Part shown: positions 10,451-22,192 of the stretch, piece by piece | How positions within the stretch are numbered: the first letter of the stretch is position 1 | How the letters are laid out: every line of letters begins with the position of its first letter | DNA from: a virus | IMG/VR virus record: IMGVR_UViG_3300017917_003388 | Span: 1-64,000 of that record | Strand: one strand, 5' to 3' | Length of the DNA: 64,000 bases | The notes under the pieces: model-generated | What the model saw: the letters and a program-made list of their open reading frames with translations, nothing else | What the model was told of the DNA's origin: nothing | Database searches by the model: none | Made by a program: the position numbers and the translations under genes

Positions 10451-10946
10451 AATAAACTATTGTTAAATTACAATCTGTAATTTCATAACTTAATATTAAT
10501 TTGATTAAATCCCAATTTCCATTAGCTCTACCTGCTCCTATTTTAGGAATACCTATATTTTTACCTTTAAATATGGTATTTATCTTTTTCAAACAAACTG
10601 AAAATGCATCGTAATCTATATGTTGGGATAATGGACCAGCAGGGTTAGTAGATGTACTCCAAATTTGGGTATAAGCATTTACAACTATTAATTCATGTTC
10701 TTTTTTATTATTTTTACCATCATTTAAATTCCAAATTGCTTTTTCCCCAATAACAAATGTATTATATTCAATATTTCCTAGATTTTCAATACCTTGACTA
10801 AAGAATTGATCGGCTTTAAAATATTTTACAAAATCTTTTGCAATACCTGATTTCATTGTTCCTTGACAATTACACCCATGAACTATAACATCAAATTTTT
10901 TATCTAATGCTAAAGATATTAAATTACCTTTAATTTCTTGAATCAT
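10431..10946 (-). CDS. macrodomain (ADP-ribose binding/processing) protein
   Basis: GNLI, VHGCNCQGTMKSGIA, VNAYTQ, PKIGAGRANGNW. Confidence 0.9.
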   Translation of the reverse strand: MIQEIKGNLISLALDKKFDVIVHGCNCQGTMKSGIAKDFVKYFKADQFFSQGIENLGNIEYNTFVIGEKAIWNLNDGKNNKKEHELIVVNAYTQIWSTSTNPAGPLSQHIDYDAFSVCLKKINTIFKGKNIGIPKIGAGRANGNWDLIKLILSYEITDCNLTIVYYDEDSK

Positions 10947-10948
10947 AA

Positions 10949-11719
10949 TTAAAATAAATTAATCACATGTAAATTATCAAAATTCAATCCTGAATTACTA
11001 TCTATGTATTCTAAATTTTTAGAATTAGTAGTAAATATTTTATCAAATAAGTTAAATAATTCAGGGTTTGGATTAGGAATGGTTAAATGGCTTATAGCTA
11101 AATATAATTTACCTACATTTCTTGTTTTTAACATTTTAGCAAGCCCAATAAATGTTCCTCCATAAACACATATATCATCAACAATCAATATGTCTTTTCC
11201 TTCAAAATCTTTTTTATCAATAATTTGAGTTAATTTATGTGAATTTGGATCTCTTGACTTAGATGCTGAATATATGTGGTCCCATTCTAATGTTCCTGCT
11301 AATTTTACCAATGGTTTAAACCCACCAGCATCTGCACTAAGTAAAAGTAAATTTTCTAATGATTTAATTTTGAGTAAAACCTTAGTAATGAATTCAGTAT
11401 TATCAATGACTTCACAATTTCTAAGTAAAGCAGATGTTACATCACTATGAGGATGAAATACTTTTACTTTTTTAAAATTACAACTATTTATAAAATCACA
11501 AACTATTTGAAGTTCAAAACTTTCATTAGAATTAAATCTCCTATCATGCTGTTGTTGGAACATACATGGTATTATAATTTCATCTAAATGTGGATTTGCA
11601 TCTTTGATTGATTTAAGTAAAAATAAATCTTCATAGTTATTTATTCTATAAATAATATTATTTTCATTTAAATCATTTATTACATATTTACCACCATCAG
11701 GATAATTAATTATTTTCAT
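10949..11719 (-). CDS. ribose-phosphate pyrophosphokinase-family protein (Adps-like)
   Basis: QQHDRRF, HPHS, SADAGG, LIVDDICVYGGTF. Confidence 0.9.
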   Translation of the reverse strand: MKIINYPDGGKYVINDLNENNIIYRINNYEDLFLLKSIKDANPHLDEIIIPCMFQQQHDRRFNSNESFELQIVCDFINSCNFKKVKVFHPHSDVTSALLRNCEVIDNTEFITKVLLKIKSLENLLLLSADAGGFKPLVKLAGTLEWDHIYSASKSRDPNSHKLTQIIDKKDFEGKDILIVDDICVYGGTFIGLAKMLKTRNVGKLYLAISHLTIPNPNPELFNLFDKIFTTNSKNLEYIDSNSGLNFDNLHVINLF

Positions 11720-11720
11720 T

Positions 11721-12632
11721 TTATAATTTTTCTAAATAATTAATGTGAAACCAAAATCCTTTGTCATCTTTTACATAAATTCCATCAGGAGCAGGTTCAG
11801 AAGAAAATCCTGGTAATATACTGCTTATCCCTATTCTACTATCTATTAATTTAATATCTTTGATTCTTATTATTGTATCATGCCAAGATGAACAGTGGTG
11901 AAGGGAATTATATCGTTTACGATTAATATTAATTCGAACATTGTCATTTAGAGAAAATGTTTCTTTATCATCTTTTCTTATAAATGATTTAATCGAATAA
12001 TTATTAAATATATAATTCCAAGTATCTCTATTATCAAAATATCTAGTACCATTATGTAGTCTTATCCCATAATCATTAGGTTCTATTGGATTTTGTTGAA
12101 TGAATCCTGAAGTTTTATCAACTAACGATAATATATCAAAATCATCAAAAAATCCATTATTTTCATATTTTTTAAATTTATTTTCTACTAAATACCTATA
12201 TTCAGCAAAATTTAATCTAATGTATTTATGGGCATATGAATCTACACTATTATATGAAAATTTATAAAGATCATACTCCGCTTTTTCTGTTATACCCCCA
12301 TAATATGGGAATGAATATGCTTTTGCTTCAAAATGTGCCTCAAAACCTGGTTTAATAACCAATTGTTTGAAATAATCAAATTCAAGTTGATTTAAAAATT
12401 CAACTATATAATAATCATTATGGGGGTCAAAATTATATACTTCCCAAAACTCAGGATTATTTTCAACATGGGATACATCAATGTGAGTTAAAACTACATT
12501 TTTATTTAATGTTTTATAATAATATCCACCTTCATTAAATACAACCATCCCTTCATACCAATCTTCTGGGATTCCTGGGTATTTATTTTTTAGAAAATAA
12601 GCTTTTGGTTTTGGATTAGTTTGTTTATTCAT
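11721..12632 (-). CDS. hypothetical protein
   Basis: 303-aa ORF. Confidence 0.75.
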   Translation of the reverse strand: MNKQTNPKPKAYFLKNKYPGIPEDWYEGMVVFNEGGYYYKTLNKNVVLTHIDVSHVENNPEFWEVYNFDPHNDYYIVEFLNQLEFDYFKQLVIKPGFEAHFEAKAYSFPYYGGITEKAEYDLYKFSYNSVDSYAHKYIRLNFAEYRYLVENKFKKYENNGFFDDFDILSLVDKTSGFIQQNPIEPNDYGIRLHNGTRYFDNRDTWNYIFNNYSIKSFIRKDDKETFSLNDNVRININRKRYNSLHHCSSWHDTIIRIKDIKLIDSRIGISSILPGFSSEPAPDGIYVKDDKGFWFHINYLEKL

Positions 12633-12655
12633 AACTTTTTAATTTTTTTGATTAA

Positions 12656-13300
12656 TTACCAACCCATGTGTGGGTTATCCATGTATACTTGAACTTGGTT
12701 TCTTATTTCATTAGTAGGGATTCGATTAGTATCCCAAGATGCTCTTATAAATAACCTCCAACCATTTTTAATAGCTTGAGTACCTTGATGCCATGTTCTA
12801 TCATCGAAAAATATTATTTGGTTTGGATCAGCATTACATCTTATTAATTTACCATTATTACAATGTTGTATTACTTCTTTATGCCATTCCTTATACACCA
12901 CACTATGGTTTTCAGGATTAGTAAATTCACATTCCCCCAAGGCAAATTCAGTAGGACATATATCTCCATTGTATAAAATTAAAGCATGTTTACTTCTATA
13001 TGATGGATTATTATATTCTGGTTGTTTATCACTTCTTTCACGAGGCACATCATCATGGTGAAAACCAGGAATGCATGGATACCAACCAGGCATTAACATA
13101 TGTAATCTACTATCTATTACTATTGAGTTTAAATCAATACCATGTGATTCTAAACCCATTAAGAAGTCATATGTAGGACCTATACTATGATGACAACAAA
13201 ATTCAGCATCAGAATTAAAGAACATGGGTTCTAATTTTAATACTTCATCTGGGTAAGGTTTGAGTTTTAAACCTAATTTAATTTCAGAATTGATTAGCAT
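12656..13300 (-). CDS. putative 2OG-Fe(II) dioxygenase-fold protein
   Basis: PGFHHDD (HxD), distal WHQG, RLFIR. Confidence 0.6.
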   Translation of the reverse strand: MLINSEIKLGLKLKPYPDEVLKLEPMFFNSDAEFCCHHSIGPTYDFLMGLESHGIDLNSIVIDSRLHMLMPGWYPCIPGFHHDDVPRERSDKQPEYNNPSYRSKHALILYNGDICPTEFALGECEFTNPENHSVVYKEWHKEVIQHCNNGKLIRCNADPNQIIFFDDRTWHQGTQAIKNGWRLFIRASWDTNRIPTNEIRNQVQVYMDNPHMGW

Positions 13301-13545
13301 TATTTAGATATAATATATTGATGTGAAATAGTATTATATCCATTTTTTATAGGACATTGATTTGGAAATTTACCATCTCTACTATTATCATGTGTAATAA
13401 TCATATTTTCATAAGCACCTTTATCTTTCCAATAAGGATGATTACATTGCATTCCATCTGTTGATGTTCCAAAAAACGGACAACTATTATAACATTGGGA
13501 TATTACTTCTGAAACAGATATTTCCATCTTTATTTTTTAAGTTAT

Positions 13546-13579
13546 TCAAATATAGGATTAAAGATCTTGAAATCCTAAT
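13546..13579 (-). promoter_or_regulatory. early promoter repeat copy
   Basis: Same motif. Confidence 0.7.
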
Positions 13580-16500
13580 TTTTAAGTTTTAAACAATTAC
13601 TTATTTCAGTTTCATATTTGGTAATTTTTTCTTTATTTTTAATAAAAGTTTCACTATCTTCTTTTAATTCAGAATTTTGTTTAGTAATATATTCAATAGA
13701 ATTATTAATAGATCTTATTTGAAGATCAATAAATTTATGCATTGTATATTCTAAATCTTCTAAAACTCCATAAGTTAATTGTTTTTGTAATCTTTCAATT
13801 TCCTTTTTAATATTTTCATCTCTTTGAATTCTCATATTGGATTCGAGAATATCAAAATTAGATTGATATATTTTATAAAATAATAAACATTGAGCTTTAT
13901 AATCTGTAGAACTCCATACTTTCTTAGAATAATTTAAACACTTATCAAATACTTCTTCAATATTATTTAAAGCATCTTCAAAAATATATAACTCATCTGG
14001 TTCTCCAGAATAATGAAGAGTTGCTTTAATTCCGTTTTCTTCAATAATTTTACCATCATTATCATATATACTCATATAAAATGATAAACTTTTTTCATCA
14101 GATAATAAATTATATTTACCAACTGAACATTGGGTTATTTTAATTTTCATATTTTTTCAAGTATTAATAATTTTTGTTTATTTAATTCTTCAATGAATAT
14201 TTCTTTACTATCTAATAAAGTTAAAAAACTATCTTCTTTATTATCTAGTGGAGCTTTAGAATCTAAACAAACATAATCTTTATAACCATAACCTAACTCA
14301 TGTTTTTCAACATATTTACTACAATCAAAACTAAACTCAAAATCAAATTCTCCTAGTTTCTCAATTGTACCCAATATGTTAAAATTATTTTCTGTATTAG
14401 AAAAATCTAGTTCTCTTTCCAAATCATCTTTTGATGATATATAATATAAATAACCTGATGAATAATTAAAATTATATGAATCTTCAGGAACTAATACTAC
14501 TGTAAGTTTATTTGTTAATTCTATCATTTGGTTAATTTTTCAAATATTTCATCATAATTTGTTTGTATATGTTCTAAAACAACATAATACATATTAAATT
14601 GTTCTATGTGCCACCTAACTTTACTACCATTTTCCCATAAAATTAAGTAAGTAAAATCTGTTATTTCAAGTATTTGAGCTTTATGTACACTTTTACCAAC
14701 TTGTGTCATAAAAATATATGTTTCACCAGCTTTTAATTTTATATCTTTCATTATTTAATATTATTTAAATCATAAGCATTAATTATAGAATTTGCTGGAA
14801 CCCAAATAGTTTTATTTCTTATACCTTCTTCAAATTCACGGTAATAATAACTTCCCGAATCAGAATGTATTTCCACTTTTTTACTAGCTGCTTTTAATGC
14901 AGCTTGTACATGAAGTTTAGCAAATTCAACCATTAAATCTTTTATATCTTCTAGCTCTGTTGGAATAGAACTAAATCTTTGTTCTATAAATTCTTCTGCT
15001 GTTATATTATTTTCCATAATGATTGTTTATAAATTCTTCAAATAGTTCTTGGGTTGTAAATAATTCACCTTCATATATTTTAAATTCAGTTGACCATTTC
15101 TTTTCAACATTAGAATAAAAATATCTATTTTGCGACCATTCAGCAAACTTAATAGCTACATCAGTAGTTATTTCTGCACAAGTTTTAGCATTTGCAAAAA
15201 GACAGCCTTCAGTAATAAATCTATTTTCAAGTTTATTCATTTTCTTTTTAATAAGTTTATAATTCTATCTTTATTTCCGTTTATATATTCATTATATGCA
15301 TCAGAATACAATTGAGATGCTAGTTTAAAACCGTCATAAGAGTCTCTGAAAATAGGGTCTTCTTTTACTTTTAATAACATTCTATCTTGAAATTTAGATA
15401 ATTCTTCTAGTAATCTAATTTCATTTTCTAATAAATGAACAGCAACTTTAGAAACTATTTCTTCTGCTTCTTCTTTATCAAATTTTGAAGATAATTCAAA
15501 AAAAAGTTCTTCATTACTCATTTTCTAATTGTTTTAGTTGTTGTTGAAGTTCTTCAAAAATATCAGTCCATCTTTCAGAAGATGTTCTTTTTAAAATATC
15601 CATTTGAGCTTGAATTATTTTAGCTTGAACATATTTAGAATTTGCTCCTGCTATGAAATCACTATAAGCATCATAAATTTCGGCCTTAAAAGGTTGTTCT
15701 AAATCTTTTCCAAATAAGTTTTTAACATATTCTTCTGCTTCTTTGTTTAAGTCCATAATTAATCAATTTTAGGTAAATAATAAGCAACAATAGAATTATT
15801 ATTATATGCCCATCCTGTACCATTAAAAGTTTCTAAATGTTTTTTACCATCTTTACGAACTATTAAATATCTTCCATATTCAATATTTTTCTTCTGTTCA
15901 ACATCTCCAGTATATTTTACTGGTGTTAATATTGGTAAATCCATAATTTTATTCTTTTAATTTATAAACATTTTCAATCTTTTCATACTCAGGGCATTTT
16001 ACACCTTTTTGTAATTCGTTTAGACTAAATGTTATAGCTATTAAAACTATCATAGTCATTAAAAATAATAAGATTTCGATACTACTACTAGTCCTTTTAT
16101 CATCATCTTTTTCTTTTGATATTCTAGAACCTGCTAAAAACATATATAACAGAGTTATAAAACTAAACATAATTATTTGTGTTGTTGTCATAATTTTATT
16201 GTTTAGGTTGGATGATTACTCCATTTTTAAAATGACTATGTAAAACTTCACCATCATCATCATAAAAAGTACCAGTGTTTTCACCTATTATTTTCCAACT
16301 TTCTTCAACAGGTAGTATTGTTGCTGAGGATAGAATTTCTTTGTAAGTCTTCCAAATTGAATATTTTGGATGCAGTTCAGTGATAATTCCAAAACTTTCA
16401 ATATCAGCTATCTTAGCTTCAATTTCTTGTTTACCCTCTTGGGTAAGGTATATTCCTTTCATCCTAATTGTTTTATTTTGTAAAATTTTCCCTTATGTTT

Positions 16501-16741
16501 AATATAAACAGGTTTGTCTTTTACATTAAGTTTTAAGAGTTTTTTGATTAAATCAGGTTTTTCTTGTATTTCTTGTTGTGTCATGATTTTTACTTTTTTT
16601 GATTTTTACCGTACCAAAAGAAAGATATACAAGATAATATAAACATGATTACACTTATTATATTTATATCTCCTTCCATAAAAAGGTAAGTGACTGTAAA
16701 ACCATTTATGTAAATAAGTAAATCTTGAATTACTTGATTTT

Positions 16742-17182
16742 TCATATCAAATTGTTTGAGATTATGTAATCAAATGCTGCTGAATAGGCTTCTTGTGGTG
16801 AGTTATAATTTAATTCTCTTGAACTTTCTAAAGGTTCTTCTTCAAAGTGGTATTCATCTAAATCGGGATTAAAATTTTTCTTATATTTTTCAACAAGAAA
16901 CATATATTTTTTACCCACAAACTTACCTTTTGAAAAAGTATATCTTAAAGCACTAACTTCAATTTCATGATTAATTCTTAACCATTCGACTACTTGATGT
17001 TGTTCTGGAGCATAACAATCCCACTCACCTAAAATATAATCACTACTTGGCGTGACAGGTTCATTATTTTGTAATAAATCGTCATCCTCTGTATCACCAT
17101 AATAAACGTTTTTACATTCTTCATCAAATCCTTTTTCTTTTAGCCATTTAGCTTGTTCAAAAGTTACGTATGTTGGTTCCAT
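16742..17182 (-). CDS. hypothetical protein, paralog of 17351..17740
   Basis: YVTFEQAKWLKEKGFDEEC...AP...WLR...PQEA. Confidence 0.8.
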   Translation of the reverse strand: MEPTYVTFEQAKWLKEKGFDEECKNVYYGDTEDDDLLQNNEPVTPSSDYILGEWDCYAPEQHQVVEWLRINHEIEVSALRYTFSKGKFVGKKYMFLVEKYKKNFNPDLDEYHFEEEPLESSRELNYNSPQEAYSAAFDYIISNNLI

Positions 17183-17350
17183 GTTATTTTAAATGTTTTT
17201 CAATGTAATTTTTAGTAATAGACTCTCTCCATTCAGTAGATAAATTAAATTCTTTACTAAATTGAGTCAAATGATATTCAACTAACTCTTTTACTGCTTT
17301 TTCAGTAGATTCTTTACTGAGCATCTTTTTTGTTGTATCTTTAATTGTTA

Positions 17351-17740
17351 TCATTTTTTAACAATTTCAATTAACTTTTTAAGACAAGCAAGTTCTGCTT
17401 CTTCGTAAGTTTTAAAAACATCTATTAACTTATAATCATGAACACCATTAATAGGTAATATATCATAAGTCCAATCTATATCTGTATTTTGCATAACTAT
17501 TTGCCATAAGTTATACTTCTCTCTAAACCATCTAAATGCTTGTGAGAATGTTGGTGCTAAGGTATGAGCTTCACAAATATCATTTTGTTGTATAATTAAA
17601 TGAATTATAGAACTATCAGAATAACAACCAGTAGTTATAAGTTCACCAGGAACATTATATTTAGCTAAACAAGGTTCATCAAATCTAAGTTGCTTCAACT
17701 CTAAAGATTCTTGGTATGGTACAAATTCTTTTTCAATCAT
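17351..17740 (-). CDS. hypothetical protein, paralog of 16742..17182
   Basis: FVPYQESLELKQLRFDEPC...APTFSQAFRWFRE...YEEA. Confidence 0.8.
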   Translation of the reverse strand: MIEKEFVPYQESLELKQLRFDEPCLAKYNVPGELITTGCYSDSSIIHLIIQQNDICEAHTLAPTFSQAFRWFREKYNLWQIVMQNTDIDWTYDILPINGVHDYKLIDVFKTYEEAELACLKKLIEIVKK

Positions 17741-18788
17741 AGTATTCTCAGTATTTTGATTTTACCGTTGATTAGTTTAGGTTCTTTTCCTATTACAGTA
17801 TGTCCATCTAAAGCAATTTTATCTTCCATTTCAATTTCTATCTCCCATGATTGTTGAGATAAAGATTGAATGTAATCATTTGTTTCTTTTGTAGAATCTT
17901 CATAATCTATAAAAGGACTTCCAAAATTTTGATTTAAAAAGCTTTTTTGACTTCTTATTTCTTTACCAAATTGTATTGCCTCTCCTATGTGCTCTAAAGT
18001 AAACCTTCTATCAGATAGTAGTTCTTGTGCTTTTCGGAAACCTATTTGATAGCTAAAATGATTTACCATTGAAAATAAATTTTCATCGGTTTCACATAAT
18101 TTTGATAACCAATATCTAGTGTCAAACCAACCAATTTTTTTCTGTTCTTCTTCTGATAAAACAGAGAAATCTATTTGGTCTTGTTGAGCTATTACTTTTG
18201 GAGCTTTTAAAGCCAAAGCAGCTTTTAACAGGGTTTCATCTAACAACTCAATTAAATGCAATCCATTATAATCAGGAAGTTCTTTAATTGAGTTATCAAG
18301 TAAAACAACATCATGTAATTTAATTTCTTCATCAGACGTTACAATAAATCCTTCTCGTAGTTTGTGTAAGTGTGTTTTCATTTTATAGTATCTCCTATTG
18401 AATATAGATGTTCAGTATAAAATTTAAAACTTCTATTATTTTTATTCTGAAATTTAACTGTGTATTCATTTTCATATTTAGAAATTGATACTACAGTACA
18501 TGGACATTTTATATCTAATATAGCATTACCTGAATCAGTACAACTATTAAATAACAATATTATACTAAATAATAATGTGATTTTGTTTATTTTTTTCATA
18601 ATAATTTTATTAAAACACTTGTTGCTTTAACCCCACCACAAAATGGTAACCATAAAAATCTCCCATCAAATTCTAAAACACCACTTTTGTCTAATCCCCA
18701 AACTTGGAAATGTAAGGTTTTACCCACATAAGGCATCAATTCAGTTTGTGTGTATAATTTATACATTTTTTTTAATTTTAATAAAGAT

Positions 18789-18820
18789 AAAAAAAGAGGA
18801 CTTGTATTCCTAGTCCTCTT
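18789..18820 (-). terminator. terminator hairpin overlapping a promoter-like motif
   Basis: AAGAGGACT...AGTCCTCTT with T tract on minus strand. Confidence 0.65.
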
Positions 18821-19055
18821 ATTTTATTAATTATATTATATATATTTATATTCCATCAATGGTTGTTATAATTTTAAATTTATCTTTTGATGATTTATCT
18901 AAATTAAAATCTTTTTGAAGATCTTTTTGAAATTGACCTCGTTTTATATAATTAACCAATTCTTTAAATTCAGGATCAGAAAATATTTTTTTATCTCCTT
19001 TAAAAGTAATATTAATAGATACCGATTTTGTTTCCATATTTAATTTTTTTTCACT

Positions 19056-19089
19056 ATAAGTATAAGATTAAAGATTTTGAAATCCTAAT
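19056..19089 (-). promoter_or_regulatory. early promoter repeat copy
   Basis: Same motif. Confidence 0.7.
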
Positions 19090-19363
19090 CTCTACCATTT
19101 ATCCAAATTAATTGTTTTAGGTTTAATTAATTCTCTCCTAGTTTCAGGTTTTATTAGAGGATTTCTATATGTATCTGTTTTATATATTATTATATGTTTA
19201 CGTCTCCATCCATTTTTATGTTGAATTCGTTTAGCGTATTTAGGAGTACTAAAGTCAGGATTACATGATAATAATATTATCATAATCCATATAATTATAT
19301 GTTTCATAGGAATCGATATGTGTTTTAAAAAAAATTAAACACAACTATTCCTATGTATAAATA

Positions 19364-20368
19364 TTAAGGTCTTTTCATCAACCTACCATCTATAGCATAA
19401 TAAAAAGTAGTAGGTTTATATCTAGGGATATTTCTATAATCAATATTATTTAAACCTAAAGGACTATTGATTGTTATAATAGATTCAAATATTTTATTAC
19501 ATTGACCTTCAGTAATAGTAACCTTTAAATTATAAACACCAGATTGTGAATAATAATGAACTGGGTTTAAATCATTATAGAGAAAATTACCATCACCAAA
19601 ATCCCATTCAACTGAAGTATATTGTGAATATATATTTAATATCGGAATTATATATGAATCACCTAAATATAATGTAGTATTAGGAATATTTAATGAAGCA
19701 TCTATAACTGTATTATTAATAGTAAAAGATGTAGATTCAATAAGTGATTCAAGGGGTAAAGATAAAATATAATTACCACTTGGTAAATCGAATATAGTAT
19801 CAATATTATTTGGTAAATACAAAGTTTGATTATCAGGTGTAGTTAAATAATATGCTGAATTGGGGACATCATTATCTATAATAACATATCCTAAATCACA
19901 ACTATTTATTACTTCTACATTAAGTGGTTTTTCAAAAACTAATGAAAATCTATCTAAAATAGGACCATAACATATATATGGTGTTGATAAATCATGTATT
20001 ATATTGTTTAAACTATCATATAAACCAACAGCTATATTTTCCCCAAATCTATAATCAATTCCTATTATAAATAAACCAGTATCTGGGTTAACAACAGTAT
20101 TCAATTTAATATTTTTATCTTCGTATAAGTAACCAAATGAATTAATAGCATATTCTTGATTACCTATAGATGTTGATATATGATTTTCATTTCCTGAAAA
20201 TAAATAAGCATCACAACAATTATCAACATTATCTGTTGTTGTATCTGAAAATGCTATTATAGTTTGTTTATATAATTGATTGGGTTTTTCTAAGTATATT
20301 CTAACATTTCCTTGTCCTAAACTAATATTAGATATAACTAATATTAACCAAATTAATATATATTTCAT
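19364..20368 (-). CDS. secreted PKD-domain protein
   Basis: Signal peptide; WDFGDG...NPVHYY..SGVYNLKV PKD motif; YAIDGR tail. Confidence 0.8.
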   Translation of the reverse strand: MKYILIWLILVISNISLGQGNVRIYLEKPNQLYKQTIIAFSDTTTDNVDNCCDAYLFSGNENHISTSIGNQEYAINSFGYLYEDKNIKLNTVVNPDTGLFIIGIDYRFGENIAVGLYDSLNNIIHDLSTPYICYGPILDRFSLVFEKPLNVEVINSCDLGYVIIDNDVPNSAYYLTTPDNQTLYLPNNIDTIFDLPSGNYILSLPLESLIESTSFTINNTVIDASLNIPNTTLYLGDSYIIPILNIYSQYTSVEWDFGDGNFLYNDLNPVHYYSQSGVYNLKVTITEGQCNKIFESIITINSPLGLNNIDYRNIPRYKPTTFYYAIDGRLMKRP

Positions 20369-21220
20369 TTGTTTAATTGTTTTTTAGTAAATTTTTGTTT
20401 AGTAGTATATAATAATCTCACATTTGAGACTTCATCTACATTTAAATTATAATGTTTTATAAACCATTCCATTTTATATTCATCCCATGTAAATTTATTC
20501 CAATATTTATGGGTGAGAGTATCTTTAGAACCATTATTTTTTTCTACTAAAACATAATCTGTATACAACACATTAGTTTTACAACTATTGAATAACAATA
20601 ACAATAATAATATATACCTCATATTTCTTAATTAAATGTACTATATTAATACATATGTTAAGAACACAACTCTTCTTCAGGTTCTACCTGATGTATTTTT
20701 ATGTCTAATCGTTCATCAACTATATTACTCAATAAATCTGATAACAACCCGTTATCTATTAATGGTCTAAATCTATCTATACTATATCCTATTTCTTGTT
20801 TACTTTTTGGATGAATGTCATTTATAACCTCATTTAATAAGATTCCAATTACTCCTTTTATTTCATATATATCTCTAATTGTATATATTTTATCTTTAAC
20901 AAGTGTTTTAAACCCATCTGGTAATTTCCTTGTGGGATCAGGAAGGTTATTAATACAAATTATTTTTTGCCCTATTCTAAACATATTTTATTCTGATTCT
21001 AAATATTTTTCATATACTGGTTCTACTTCTATTTGTTTTGGGAGAGGTTCACCATATTGTTCTACAAGAATTTTATAATATTTATCGTTTTTATAAACTT
21101 CTACCCACTGTCCTGTTGGTTTACCTCCTCTAACTAGTGGGATTTTAATTTTTTTTCTAAATAAATTAAAAATTGTATTCATCATATTTTTTATTTATAC
21201 ATGTATAATATTTAACTTTT

Positions 21221-21796
21221 TTATCCCTCCCCTCCCTTCTCCACGTTGGGACTATACTTCTCAAGCATTTCCAAAGCTTTTTTTCTCGCAATAAAGAAGC
21301 CTCTTTCTTTGCCTACATGATTAATCGCTTGCAACTTTGCAATTTCCTCAAATGCAGCCATCAGTTCGTCGCATTGGGATTTGAGTTGGGCCTTTTCTTT
21401 CTCCTTAACCTCTTGGGCAATAGAAAGGGCCTCTATAACATCTTCGTCGCGATTTTGCATCAATTCTTTAGCGATATTTCTTGCCATGCTTTCGTACTGC
21501 CTAACAGCAGCTATTGCATCGCCAAGCATAGTATAATATTTGTCGCGCTGGGATTTGAGTTCATGGTTTTCCCTCAACGCAATATCTGCCCCTGTTATCA
21601 ACTCTTGGGGGTCATGAACCCCCGCGCAAGCATTCACGCAGGTAACAGCTCTAGCAAAAGCTGATTTAGGCAATACGTGACATGATAAATAATCCATATC
21701 ATAATATTCGGGAACAAATTCAGTGGTTCTGAATTTTTCAATTACTGGAAAAGTTTTTGTGTTCCACGGCTCCGGTGTGTGTTTCGTTTCGCTCAT
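21221..21796 (-). CDS. hypothetical coiled-coil protein in a GC-richer segment
   Basis: MSETKHTPEPW; visibly higher GC than flanks. Confidence 0.7.
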   Translation of the reverse strand: MSETKHTPEPWNTKTFPVIEKFRTTEFVPEYYDMDYLSCHVLPKSAFARAVTCVNACAGVHDPQELITGADIALRENHELKSQRDKYYTMLGDAIAAVRQYESMARNIAKELMQNRDEDVIEALSIAQEVKEKEKAQLKSQCDELMAAFEEIAKLQAINHVGKERGFFIARKKALEMLEKYSPNVEKGGEG

Positions 21797-22192
21797 AATT
21801 TATTGTCTATATCTATATTCCAAGATGTTACTTCAAAAGCAAGCTTTAAATGATAAATTTGTTTAGTTGAATTATCATAAAATGCATATGCTATAAATCC
21901 ACCAGTAGCAATAAGACAATCTTCTTTTTTTTGATCAGCTAATGATACAACATCATATAACATTTTTCTACTCTTAGTAAATAATTCACCAATAGATGGA
22001 ACTCCAGATTCTGTTTTTGAAGATACCCATTTCCAATCTAATATTTTCATCGTTTGATGAACTTTTTCCCAATTAAAATTTTCTAAAAGTTCATCTATTG
22101 TTTCATCTATTATTTTATCTTTATCTTTCATAACTTTTTTATTTTGAAAATAAAATTTTACTTCTTAATCCCCAAATTTAAATTTAAGTTTT

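Larger units (their letters stand above)
13575..18599 (-). other. dense run of about 17 small, translationally coupled hypothetical ORFs
   Basis: Overlapping or abutting stop/start codons, 60-214 aa. Confidence 0.75.
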
